A DNA stretch of 64,000 nucleotides. It comes from Octopus vulgaris. Taxonomy: Eukaryota. The stretch lies in NCBI GenBank assembly GCA_951406725.2, contig OX597823.1, positions 36,952,001 through 37,016,000 of the forward strand, written 5' to 3'. Position numbers and translations under genes: made by a program. The notes beneath the pieces were generated by a model, which was not told the origin of the DNA, made no database searches, and worked only from the letters and a program-made list of their open reading frames with translations. This document shows, in pieces, positions 43,588-56,689 of this stretch (its first letter is position 1; each line of letters begins with the position of its first letter).

Positions 43588-45342
43588 GCAGCCCCTATTT
43601 GTTCCACGTACTTCTCGAGATTTTTGCTCACTGTTCCCAGGTCCTCAACAATCATTGTTACTACTGCTACCTTTTTCATCGACTACAACTGCTAACTTCC
43701 CAAGTTAAACTGTCATATCTCTCAACTTTTCTTTCTTCCTTATCGCATACCTTGTTGTCAGCTGGGCATATCTATGATCCAGCAAAGTTTTTTTTTCTCA
43801 ATTAAGACTATGTCTGGCTTCCTATTTTCTATCTCATGGTCGCACTGAATCATAAAATCCCATAGGATCTTTACATTTCTATTTTTGACCATGCCTTCAG
43901 GTTTGTGGTCGTACCAATGTTTTGCTCTGTCAGGTCCATACTTGTTGCAAAGTGTCCAATGGACAAGCCTGGCTATATTGTTGTGGCATCTCTTATATTC
44001 CTTCTGGGCTAGTGGTGTACATTGGCTGGTAGTATGCGATACGGTTTCACCGTTTTGTCCACAGATTCTGCACGTATAACTTTCTGCTGTGTTGTCTATT
44101 CTGTATTTTATGTAGTTTGTTCTTAGTGCTTGCTCTTGGGCAGCACAGATTAGAACCTCCGTTTCCGGTTTTAAATAACTTTTAGTCATCCACAGCCATC
44201 TTTTTTCTCTGTCTGTCTTATCTTCAACATCCCTATGAAATTGACCATGCATTCTTTTCTTTACCCACCTATTTTCAGTTTCATTCGTTTTCAATTTCTT
44301 GTATAGTGCTTTATCTTTACAATCTTTCATTCTACACAAGCCTGACCGTCTTACTTCTAATAATAGCGGTTTTGTGGCATTTTCTACATAATATGCTATG
44401 TTGTTTTTTTCTGCTCTAATGCTGTGTTCGCATCCAGTAAGTCCTCTTCCTCCTCTTTTTCTTGGTACATACAGTCTGTCTGTGTCACATTTTGGGTGGA
44501 GTGACCCATATCTAGTCAGCAACTTCCTTGTGTTTCTGTCTAAGCTGTTTAGTTCGTCTACTCTCCATGCGATTATACCTGCTCCATATCTAAGGAGGGA
44601 AACCGCCCATGTGTTGATATCTTCGATCTTAATGCGTCCGTTTAATTTCGACTTAAGGATCAGTCTCAGTCTGCGCAAGTACTCCGCCTTAAATTTTTCT
44701 GTCATTTCTTTCTCCATCAGTTTATCTATTTCCAAAATCCCCAAGTACTTATAGCCCGTTTCTTCTCTCTGCGTCATAACCCCCACCCCCGATGGTATCG
44801 ATAGCCCGTCCATACATTTGATTTTACCTCTCTTCAAGACTAACACACCACACTTTCTCAGTCCGAACTCCATTCTGATATCAGCACTGAAGGTATACAC
44901 CGTATCAACGAGGCAACTGACTTGGGCTTCATCCTTACCATAAAGTTTGAGGTCATCCATGAATAACAAATGGTTGACTTTTTGTTGGCAGTTTTTGAAT
45001 ACTTACCCAGCTTTTGCTTTCTTCAGAATCAGTGTTAGCTTTATCAAGAACAGCAGAAAGATCAGTGGGGACAGGCAGTCCCCTTGGAAGATGCCCCTCC
45101 TAATTACTATTCTCCCTAAACTTCTTCCGTGTGCTGTCAGGTCCGTCCTCCAATTCGTCACACTTTTCCCAAGCAATCGCTCAACATTCGATGCAACACC
45201 AAATAGGTTCATACACTCCATAATCCAAGAATGTGAAATCATATTGTACACCTTATGATAGTCGATCCATGACATGGCTAAGTTATTTTTCCTCCTCTTG
45301 CAGTCTCTGAGTACAGTTTTGTCTATCAGGAATTGATCCTTT
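43588..45342 (-). mobile_element. R4/Dong-type LINE, second family (RT + CCHC + RLE)
   Basis: GIFQGDCLSP, LFMDD, DRLYVPRKRGGRGL, CRICG...HTTSQC, ILWDF, KPDIV; ORFs 45003-45356 and 43758-44969. Confidence 0.93.
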
Positions 45343-46182
45343 GAAACCGAAGCCAATGATGGTGACAGTGTTACACCCGGTAGGCTCGGAGATTCTGGTC
45401 CGGCTCCAGCCTATTGATATCCAGAAAGGGACCACCACACACGGCGTAGAAGGAGCAAGTTAATGCTGTGGTCACGGAGTGTTACTACCTGAACAGCCCG
45501 GTAGATGAAAATGGTGCTCAAATTAGGGGTTACTGACAACGTATGTATGATCATTGGAGAGAAAAGGGATTGTTTCAACTCACGGAACAGAGCAATAAGA
45601 AAAAATTATTGGTTCACAGAAGTAGAGCTCGAAGCTATCAAAAGACGTGTGATGGAAAATAGCAGCAGAGATAACTATGAAAATACAGTTCTTACTAATG
45701 AGAGTAATCTCATAGCGCAGGAAAGGAGCAGTGGTAGTTTACTTGACGAGAGACATATAGATGATCTAAAAGAAGACAATAAAACTAATAGCGACATGAC
45801 AGAATAATAAAAGGCAATCTACAACAGAATAAAGGTAAAACTACAGGAGAACGATAACGACATTATTTGCAACCTTAAAATGGTTGATCGATGGAAATTT
45901 AACCAAGAAACAAAAAATGCCAATGAAATTTAGAAAAATATCAGAACAAACACCACAGAAACAAATAATTTGATGAAGGCAGCAAGTATTGTTGTAGCAG
46001 AAAATGTGGGTGTTGATGTCACGAAAAGAAACTTAATGGGAGTGACAAAAGAAAAGATCCATGGTGGAAAAGAAGAATCCAGGCAGGGTTAGACATGCTC
46101 TCGAAGTAAATCTCTGTGTTAGACCGAAAAGAGAAAGGGGAGCTTAAAAGCGAACAAAAATACAGGGCGCGGAAAAGGAAGT
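45343..46182 (+). mobile_element. Inverted N-terminal segment of an R4/Dong LINE
   Basis: ECYYL...RGY*QRMYDHWREKG...AIRKNYWFTEVELEAIK...TETNNLMKAASIVV...PWWKRRIQ. Confidence 0.8.
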
Positions 46183-46259
46183 ATATTATTATTATCATCA
46201 TTATTATTATTAATATTATTATTATTGTTGTTGTTGTTGTTATTGTTGTTGTTGTTGTT

Positions 46260-46290
<31 letters not shown>

Positions 46291-46349
46291 CTGTTGTTGT
46301 TGTTGTTGTTGATGTTTTTTTATGTTGTTGTTTTTGATGTTATGGTTGT

Positions 46350-46772
46350 TAAGGCGGTTAGCTGGCAGAATTGTTAGCATGCTGGGCGAAGTACTTAGCG
46401 GTATCTCATCAAATTTCGCCGAGATCGACTTTGCTTTCATTCTTTCGGGGTCGACGATAAAATTAAGTATTAGTAGAGTACCAGGGTCGATATAATCGAC
46501 TTACCCTCCCCCAAATTTCAGGCCTTGTGCCTATATTAGAAAGGATTATTATAATAATAATTATTATTATGAAGGCGGCGAGCTAGCGGAATCATTAGCA
46601 CGTTGGGCAAAATGCTTAGCAGCATCTAATCCGTCTTTACGTTCTGAGTTCCAATTCCGCTGAGGTCGACTTTGCTTTTCATCCTACCGGGGTCAATAAA
46701 ATATGTACCATTTGAAATCTGGGGTCGATGTAATCCACTAGTCCCCTCCCCACAAATTGCTGCCCTTGTGGC
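46350..46772 (+). mobile_element. Two tandem SINE family A copies (46350-46545 and 46572-46772)
   Basis: Both start aaggcgg..agct.gc.gaa; both have the family A core. Confidence 0.88.
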
Positions 46773-47328
46773 ATATATATTATATGGAGTGTAGGTGTAG
46801 GAATTCTCTCTCTCTCTATAAACCAAGAGAAATAAATACCTAAAAGAAAAACCAAACGCTCGACCTCCAACGCACCACCACTACCACCACCGCCGCCGCC
46901 ACTAAATCATCGACATAGTCACGTGAACTCTTTAAACAAACCATCTGCTCCCAGTCACTTTACCAGATGGTTATTTTCCCCTTTATACAATCCTCAGAGG
47001 TTTCACTGTATGGCTGGGGTTTTGTCTTTTTGTTTCTTCCTTTTTTAACGTTTTCTTGCTTTTGTTGTATTTTTGTTTCTAGTTTTCGCTGTTTCCTTTT
47101 CGTTCGCTTTTCAACTTCTTCGTAGTTACATGTTGTATAACCACATATAATATAAATATGACGTGAACATGGTGGAAATGTCATTCTTTCCTTCTAATCT
47201 CTCCATCTATTTATCTATACATCTATTTCTATACACATGTACAGGTGCACACCCATGCGCATACACATACACACGTATGTGTGGGTGTAGGAGGTAGTAT
47301 GTGTATATGTATAAATACAAACACACCA

Positions 47329-47395
<67 letters not shown>

Positions 47396-47404
47396 TTATA
47401 TAAT

Positions 47405-48420
47405 GAACGGTAATAATGGCACTGGTAAAAGTGGCACGGTAAAAATGGCACAGGTAGAAATGGCATAATAAGCTTATTGAATATACACTATTGCCAAAAT
47501 AAATATAATGAAGTTTGTCTAATTTAAAAACTGGTTTTGAGTAAAATCTATTTTCTTAATGTATCATATACCTGTATAACCTCTATTTCTTAATTTTGAT
47601 TCATACGTTTAAAATTCATTAAAAAAAAAACAATTATAATAAAATCAAATATGCTTAGACATGAGAACACCATTTTTTATTAACCTTTAAAAACAGAATT
47701 TAATAACTAGAATCTTATGCTGTGACCAAGTCCACGTAACACTTGATCAAGGTTTTTTCTTCCTTCTGTGTAGTCTTTGCATAAATTCTTTAATCTTTGT
47801 TGTAGACCAACATATACTTTCTTTGTTTTCTTCCTGGGTGGTTCACCATCTGTGTCCCTTGCTATCACAGCACTCATAACAGGCCAAGGGCCTTGATTTT
47901 TTTTCTCCAGGTACTCTGATACAGGTGATAGAAACAACCTTTTGTGCGTGTTTCCAGTCCCAAAACATTGTTGATAGCTTGGGCGACCGCCTGCTCGAAG
48001 TCAGCAATCATGGTTGTTGGGTTTGGGTAGAGCTCAGTCTCGTGGCAACGATCCATGACAGCTTGCAGCTGGGTTTCATATGTATCTTGTGTTTTAGTCT
48101 GTAGACAAGCAAAAACAGTAGAAATTGCAGTATTATCGACTGGGACTCGTACTACATAAAGCTGTAGAAATCCTAGTGGAACTATTGCATAGCTACCATC
48201 CATTAGTCATGTATCAGCAGAAGTAAGTAACTGCAGTGGTTCATCACAACCAAACGCAATGATGCGGTTGCCAGTGTCTGGACCATTATCGAAGAACAGA
48301 AATGATTTGGGTGCGGGAGCTGCAGTAGTTGCCCATTCTCCAGTAAGTTTCAGACCCTCGAGTTTTTCTGGTACTTGTGGATAGAGTTTTGATCTTTGGT
48401 TATGCAAAGTTCTCTTTATG
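47405..48420 (-). mobile_element. Mutator-like (MULE) transposon, right half
   Basis: MDGSY...QLY...IADFEQA...GCFYH (MULE DDE and CxxH); terminus with ggtaaaaatggcac subrepeats at 47409-47466. Confidence 0.88.
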
Positions 48421-48762
48421 AAGGAGCGAAGAGAGAAGATTAATCCTTGTTCACGGCGAAGACGGGAGTCCGGATGGCCCCTGTGCAAGGACAATCCGAA
48501 CACAGACAGGTGTTGCAAAGAGTGACCGGTAGAGCGGAAATGGCGCGAGACCGGGGTGTCATTGCCGATTCGGATGTCTCGGAGGTGTTCCGCAAACAGG
48601 TCAGCCAAGTGGCGTCCCGTATGCCCGATGTATAGAGAAGGGCAGAGAGAGCAGGAGATGTAGTAGATGACATTGGTAAAAGTGCAGGTGAAGGAGTCGG
48701 TGATATGATAGGGTCGATGATGGGTGCCGGTGAGGAGGGTGGTGTTGGAGAGGTAAGGGCAA
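48421..48762 (-). mobile_element. PLE GIY-YIG fragment (third family, GC-richer)
   Basis: FTCTFTNVIYYISCSLCPSLYIGHTGRHLADLFAEHLRDIR...PVSRHF...RLRREQGLIFSL. Confidence 0.9.
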
Positions 48763-48774
48763 TATATGTTTGTA

Positions 48775-48967
48775 TATCTGTGTTGGTCGCCCCCACCATC
48801 GTTTGACAACTGATTCTGGTGTGTCTACGTCCCCGTAACCTAGCGGATCGGCATAATACACCGATAGAATAAGTACTAGACTTACAGAGAATAAGTTCTG
48901 GGGTTAAACTTTTTCGACTACAGGCGGTGCTCCAGCATGGCAGCAGTCAAATAAAAGAGTAAAAGAG

Positions 48968-48968
<1 letters not shown>
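48775..48968 (+). mobile_element. SINE family B tail
   Basis: tacgtccccgtaacctagcgg...gcggtgctccagcatgg...(taaaagag)2. Confidence 0.85.
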
Positions 48969-49007
<39 letters not shown>

Positions 49008-49009
<2 letters not shown>

Positions 49010-49350
49010 TTTTACTTGTTTCAGTCATTTGACTGCAGAGCCCAGGACTTATTCTTTATAACCCTAGTACGTATTCTATCGGTCATTTTTGCCGAACCGC
49101 TAAGTTACGGGGGCGTAAACACACCAGTATTGATTGTCAAGCGATGGTGGGAGGGGGGGGGGTAAACACAGACACACAATCATACGATGGGTTTCTTTCA
49201 GTTTTCTTCTGCCAAATCCACTCACAAAGCTTTGGTCGGGCCGCGGCTATAGTGGAAGACACTTGCGCAAGGTGCCATGCAGTGGGACTGAACTCAGAAC
49301 CATGTGGCTGGTAAGCAAGCTACTTACCACAGAGCCACTCCTGCACCTAC
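49008..49350 (-). mobile_element. SINE family B, near full length
   Basis: Reverse complement of 55896-56280. Confidence 0.88.
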
Positions 49351-49507
49351 ATATATATATATTAAGTTGATGGTACTAGTTGTGGTAATAATGGTTGTTG
49401 TTGTTGTTGTTATTGATGATGATGATGATGATGATGGAAGCAGGAATGGAGAAGAATGTGCAGAAACAATACTGCTGATATGCAAAAGTAATAAAAGTAG
49501 CGTTTTC

Positions 49508-49570
<63 letters not shown>

Positions 49571-49939
49571 TTTTCTTTTTCTTTTTTTCAGGGAGAAAAG
49601 ATTTCAGCAACCATTTGGTGTGTAACTATTTCAAAATTGGTGAACGACAAAGACAGAGAGGAAGAAAAAAAAATGGAGAAAAAAAAAAGAAAATTGCAAG
49701 ACAAATATAAACAACGAAAAGAAGAAAAGAAATTAGAGAAGAATGGATTTGTGCAGCAAAAACAGCGAAGAATTTCATAAAACATTATGAAGAATTGTGT
49801 CAATGTTAGGTTTATGTTTAGCATGTGAATATGTATGTATGCGTGGATATGTGTGTTTTGTGTATGTGTGTGTGTATGCTCGTGTGTAGATTTGAGTGTA
49901 TGCTTGTGTGTGCAATTAATTATAAATTGTAGGTTTATA

Positions 49940-50007
<68 letters not shown>

Positions 50008-50640
50008 TATATATATATATTCAAGCACACGCAAACACATATACAAGCACGCACATATGTTAGTATGCATGTGAGATTGTATATGCATTAACGGTTCGGC
50101 AAGAGAGACCAACAAAATAAGTACCAGGCTTTTAAAAATTAAGTAGTGGGGTAAACTTATTCGACTAAAGGTTCTTTGCGGTGGTGCCCCAGCTTGACCG
50201 CAGTCTAATGACTGAAACAAGTAAACCGTAAAAGATATATGCACACACCCACATACATACACGTACACACACACACACACGCACGCACGCATACACCTCC
50301 GCAAACATACGCGCATACACCCCCGTAAACACACACAAACACACATATGTTTATACTATGCAAATATATGTGTATGCCTGTATGTAGATATATAGTATAT
50401 ATATACATATTATACATATATATATATGTGCGCGCATATATACACTCACACACACATACACATGCACACACACCCTCACGCGCGCGCGCACACACACACT
50501 CACACACTCACACACACACATATATCGAGTAATTAACTTCGCATCTGACGCGGTCCTCAGATTCGATCCTGCTGTGATATCTTGCACAAGATATCACACA
50601 GCCTCAACAGTAGAACATTTAGTGCTGAAAATGGATCGTC

Positions 50641-50771
<131 letters not shown>

Positions 50772-50847
50772 AATTGAGATAGGGGTTGTAAATGCAACCC
50801 TCTATGGGATAACGTATATCCAATATACTGCTAGTGAAGTAACTGAG

Positions 50848-51219
50848 AAGTAATGTTAATCGACACTTCTATATGGTTGTTCCGTAGGAACCAATGTTAC
50901 TACCGTTTTTAACCTTAGGAGGAGCCTCCTCCAGCTCGTTATCTATGCAATCTGCACCCGATATATGTTGTAAGTGGGGAGCGAACCCCTACCAGCTTCA
51001 TTGTCACTTATTTTTCAATGTATAGCGAGGTGGGGCTATCTCTAGCGCACGGGTGTCCACCACTGAGGATGAATACAAACAGCTCGAAACCGTACGGTCT
51101 GAATATCCCGTCGTGCAGATTTCATCGATAACCAGCTGGAGAAGGCACCTCCTATGGTTAAAAACGGTAGTAACGTCGGCTCCTATGTAACAGCCATATT
51201 GAAGTGGTGATAAACATTA

Positions 51220-51222
<3 letters not shown>
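50848..51222. repeat. Foldback unit: 110-bp inverted arms enclosing a hammerhead motif
   Basis: Arms 50848-50957 and 51113-51222 (about 85% identity by eye); CTGAGGA...GAAA-ccgtacgg-TC at 51063-51099. Confidence 0.85.
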
Positions 51223-51257
<35 letters not shown>

Positions 51258-51321
51258 GGTCCCGGGTTGATTCGGGGTTAACCACAGTAAGTAAGGTACT
51301 CAATACATAGCAGAGTAAAAT

Positions 51322-51445
51322 TAATTTATTATATAGAAGGAGCTTCTACAGGACTAGTACTGTTTCATTCAAGAGAAATCTTCAGGAAGCTTCCTGAAGA
51401 TTTCTCTTGAATGAAACAGTACTAGTCCTGTAAACTCCTTCTATA

Positions 51446-51455
<10 letters not shown>
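51322..51455. repeat. Palindrome with an 86-bp perfect core (51347-51432)
   Basis: Centred on aagctt at 51387-51392; each arm carries CTGAAGA-tttctcttgaat-GAAA-cagtactag-TC. Confidence 0.95.
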
Positions 51456-51509
<54 letters not shown>

Positions 51510-51511
<2 letters not shown>

Positions 51512-53300
51512 ACTGACACTGCCCGGAACACCACCACAGTCTCTACCACTCTTACAAATAGTACAATTAATAACAACAATAGTAATAATTACAATGATGG
51601 TAATGATAATGCAAATAATCTAGAATTTTCTACCCCTTTCTCTAAGCTCTCCTCTGATAATATTACCTCCTCCATTCCTCTAAATCACCTAATTGGAACT
51701 GCCGTCCTGGAACCATCTGCCCGTTACAAACCCATTGCAGAAGATATAATGTAATTTACAAATGCAGTGTCCTTAATCTATTACACAACTCTACAGCCAT
51801 ATACATAGGATCAACCAAAAATTTTAAGCAACGATATGCTGCTCTCCTCCATTCTTTTAGATACGATAAACATAGTAAATCTACAACACTCGCCAACCAC
51901 ATACATCATCTCAAAAATACAAATATACCCTATACTTTATCATGGTCCATACTGGATTCAGGGCTTCCCTACCGAGGTCAAAGCTCAACCTGCAAGCTTT
52001 GCCTCTTCACATATTAAAGAACAACTATCCAGCACTGCTAAATAAACATAATGAGGCACTAAACACATGCAACCATCGCTTTTTTCACACATTCAAATTT
52101 TACCTCAAATCCAAATGTCTAAATGACCATACAATATGTTTCCACAATACCACTTAGGTAATCCCAATAACCTTATAAATCTACATATTAACTCCTAACC
52201 CCTATCTAATTCATCTTTCATACTCGAATATCAAAACCGTTTAATTATATTCGTTTGTATATGTGTACATACATATATGCGTGTGTGCATGTGTGTGTAT
52301 GTGTGTATGTGTGTGTATGTATGTATGCAAGGTATATATACCTGCGTGTGCAGGGGCAATAATACATACAGATACACGTATGTGTGGGTGTACGTATATA
52401 CATATACATATGATTACGTGTTGTATGTGTAGATGTTGATATGTATAAATATCTGTATAAATAACATGTTTAATATATGCATCTGTATACATCTTCATAT
52501 ATATATTTTCTTCTACTACTAAACACTGACCTGTCCAACCAACCTAACCTATATTCCCAAATTCTTCATTCCACCATTTTACTACCCCTACCCCCTCTCT
52601 CTCTGTCCCATTACTTAGGTTCTATCACTACATACCTGACACTCCTTTACTCTTTACAATATTATACCTCTCTCTCTATCACCCATCAACACCCATTCCT
52701 TCTATCTGACACTCCTTTACTCTTTACCCTATCATCTTACACTCTCATATCTTTCTCTCTCTATCACGCTCACATCCCCATTCCTACTATCAATTTATCT
52801 TGACTGACCACTAACCAGTACATGTTCCTTCTCTTCATCTCTTTATTATCTCTCTCCTTGCTTTTCTTTTCTTCTTTTTCTTCTTTCTTTTCTTTATTCC
52901 TCTCTTCCTGCTTTCGATTTGACCTTACAAATACATTCCCTACTTTTAGGTCACTTTAAATAAAACCCTCGATTCAATACTACGATGTATAAACCCTATA
53001 CTTGGAATGATCAATTTTAAATACTATTGGAACTTACTCACAAGGTACTGCAATCTTATATATATACCATTCTGCCTAAATAATGGATCTACAGATGCAA
53101 TATCCATGCATGTCTCAACTATTTTCATTCCTCTACTTCACTCTCTATTTCATATTTTATCTAAATTAACTATTGCGTAACCATTTTCCCGCACCGTCTC
53201 CAATGAAGGGATATATAAGATATCTCGGGAACAGCTGTAAGACCTTCTATTTATAAATGTTCTAAAATCTTTCACAGCCTTGGATTTTTGTCTCATTCTG
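51510..53300 (+). mobile_element. Naiad-like PLE 3' part (GIY-YIG + long 3' region/pLTR)
   Basis: WNCRPGTICPLQTHCRRYNVIYKC...YIGSTKNFKQRY...STTLANHI...WSIL...CKLCL...LLNKHNEALNTCNH; hammerhead remnant at 53196-53243. Confidence 0.85.
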
Positions 53301-53325
53301 AAATATATATATATATATATATATG

Positions 53326-54518
53326 CGGAGGTTGGATAAAATAATGGAAATACCTAGCATCATAGTATCATAGCATCATAATTTTGAAATATCTATAAAA
53401 CCGTCAAAAGCTGGTTTATTTTTATGGTTTTTAATTTATTATTACTGTTGTTTAATATGTTTTGCTAAAATTGCTGTTTGTTTTCAGATATCATCAGAAA
53501 AAAGTAATTAAAATTCTTTGAAATGACGGCTCTATCGGACTTTCAAAGAGGTCATATTGTTGGTGTTCGTATGGTAGGCGCTAGCACAACGAAGACAGCC
53601 GAAATATTTGGTGTATCAAGAAGTACTGTCTCAAAAGTAATGACAGCCTTTGAGGAAGAGGGGAAAGCCTCCTCGTCGAAACAAAACTCCGGAAGAAAAC
53701 CAAAACTTTCAAATACTTACGCGAATTGTTAGAAAGGATCACAAAAGTACAGCTCCAAAAATTACTGCAGAGCTTAATGACCACCCTGAGAACCCAGTTT
53801 CCACAAAAACTGTTCGTCGGGAGCTGCACAAAACCAGATTTCACGGGAGGACTGGAATCAGAAAACCACTACTTTCAAAAACAAACGTTGCAAAGCATTT
53901 AGAGTGGAGTAAAAACCTACAGAATTGGTCCCTAGAGCAGCGGAAAAATATCATTTTCTTGGATGAGTTATCCTTTACTGCCTTCTTCCAACTGTTAAAC
54001 ATGGAGGAGGATCTGGGTGGGGGGGCTATATCTTGGAAATCCGCCAGCCCAATGGTTTCTGTTCATGGCAAAATTAATAGTCAAGACTAAGCATTTTATC
54101 TGATCAAATTCATCCAATGGTTGTGGAACTGTTTCCGGAAGGAAACGCAATCTTTTAGGATGATAATGCATCAATTCACACAACTAAAGTTGTTACTGAA
54201 TGGCACGAGGAACATTTTAGTCAAGTTGAACACTTTTCTGGCCACCACAGTCCAAAGATCTCAATATTAATGAACATTTACGGGGCATTTTAGAAAAACA
54301 AGTAATGAATCGATAACGTCCACCATAATCACTACAAGAACTGGAGACTGTTTTAACTGAAGAATGGACAAAAATTCCCTTGGAAACAATCCAAACTTTG
54401 TACGAGTCCATACCTCGTAGAATTCAAGCTGTAATTACTGCTAAAGACGGTCCTATCCCATATTAAAATAAATTTGTTTGAAAATTTAAGGTGTTTCCAT
54501 TATTTTGTCCAATTACTG
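53326..54518 (+). mobile_element. Tc1-family transposon (same family as 36049-37306)
   Basis: TIRs, MTALSDFQRGHIVG, FLDELSF, DDNASIH, WPPQSKDLN. Confidence 0.94.
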
Positions 54519-54589
54519 TATATATTATATTATATTTTATTATATTATATTATATTATATTATATTATATTTATATATACATACATGCA

Positions 54590-54975
54590 TGTGTCGTAAG
54601 AAGCTTGTCTCTCAACCACATGGTTTCGGGTTTAGTCCCACTGGGTGGCACCTTGGACTGTGTCTTCTATTATATAGCTTCGAGCCTACCAAAGTTTTGT
54701 GAATGGATTTAATAGACGGAAACCGAAGATATACATATATATATATGTATATGTCTCTTTGTATCTCTGTTCGTCCTCCACACCACCGCCGCTTGACAAC
54801 CGATGCTGGTGTGTTAACGTTCCCGTGACTTAGCATTTCAGCAAAAGACACCGATCGAATAAATAGCAGGCTTTAAAAAATGAGTACTGTGATCGATTCG
54901 CTCAACTAAAAAGTTCTCCATGGTGTTGCCCCGGCATGGCTGCAGTCTAAAGACTGAAACAAGTAAAAGATAAAA
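54590..54975 (+). mobile_element. SINE family B
   Basis: Head ...caaccacatggtttcgggtttagtcccactg...ggcaccttgg and tail gactgaaacaagtaaaaga. Confidence 0.85.
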
Positions 54976-55174
54976 AAAAATGTATGTATGTATGTATGTA
55001 TGTATGTATGTATGTATGTATGTATGTATGTATGTATGTATGTATGTATGTATGTATGTATGTGTATGTGTGTATGTATGTATGTTGCTACGTAGTTATG
55101 TACATATGTATGTATGTATATATATAATGTATTTATATATAAAATGTATTTATATATACATTATATACATATGT

Positions 55175-55231
<57 letters not shown>

Positions 55232-55895
55232 CTTAAGTATAACAAAATGTGTATGAATGTATGAGCGTATTTTTTGCGTGAAATAAGTGGCGAATGTTTT
55301 TGTAATAAAGAGCAACAGGGATAATATTACATGTGGAGAAAATGTTGCTAGAAATAGATGTGAAACGAGATTGATGAGAGAAACATTTCCTCGTCTAACG
55401 AAGAAAAAGCTACTCATACTGTAAGAATAAGACAGTATAGAATAAACGTTATGTACTGTGTTGAGCGTTTTCATACCAATTCTTATTGGTCTGTCTTTCA
55501 ATTTTTTTCTTTTTATTTTGATTTTTTTCTTCTTTGATTATTTGTCATAGAATTCTTGTTTGCGAAGGAGAAGAATTGGAGACAAATTCCTCCGATAATG
55601 GTGCCGTAGAAACAGGAAAAAATAAAATGATGGACATCGCATTCCATGATAACATCCAGCAGAAAAACTTACACTACTCACACCCAAACGTTAAATTATC
55701 TCAAAGTGGCGTAATAGTACAGCAAAGAATTTGCCAAATATCATTCAAATCACGTGACCATATTTGATAAATTGTTTGCATTTTGAGATTTTTAATTTAT
55801 ATCTTTACCCTCTTAGAAACTTCGAAAGGTAAGACAGAGATACAAAGACATACACGAACACACACACACATATATGTATGTATGTGTGTGTGTAT

Positions 55896-56280
55896 GTAGA
55901 CGCAGGAGTGCCTGTGTGGTAAATAGCTTGCTTACCAACCACATGGTTCCGGGTTCAGTTCCACAACTTGGCCTCCTGGGCAAATATCTTCTACTATAGC
56001 CTCGAGCTGACCAAATTCTTGTGAGTAGATTTGGTAGACGGAAACCGAAAGAAGTCCGTCGTATAATATATATGTCTGTACGTCTGTGTTTGTCCCCCAC
56101 CATCAGCGCTTGATAACCAATGTTGGTGTGTTTACGTCCCCGTAAATTAGCGATTCGGCAAAAGAGAGCGATAGAATAAGAACTAGGTTTACAAAGAATA
56201 AGCTCTGGGATCAATTTGTTTGACTACAGACGGTGCTCCAGCATGGCCGCAGTCAACTGACTGAAACAAATAAAAGAATA
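55896..56280 (+). mobile_element. SINE family B (tRNA head, CORE-like segment), full length
   Basis: gtagacgcaggagtgcctgtgtggt...ggttccgggttcagttcc...tgactgaaacaaataaaaga. Confidence 0.9.
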
Positions 56281-56284
56281 TATG

Positions 56285-56349
<65 letters not shown>

Positions 56350-56353
<4 letters not shown>

Positions 56354-56493
56354 CAATCTTCTTTCAGTTTCCATTTACTAGATCCACTCACAAGACTGGT
56401 TGCCTGAAGACGCTTACCCAAGGAACCATGCAGCAGGACTGAACCCGGAACCATGTAGTATGGAAGCAGGCGTCTTCCCACACAGCCACACCA
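56350..56493 (-). mobile_element. SINE family B head
   Basis: Reverse complement of the family B head. Confidence 0.75.
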
Positions 56494-56689
56494 GTACGTG
56501 TACATACATACATACACACATACACACATACATACATACATACATACATACATACATACATACATACATACATACATGCATACATACATACATACATACA
56601 TACATACATACATACACACATACATACATACATACATATACGAGAGAGAAACTGGATTTTTGCAATATTATTTTATTCACTTTTACATG

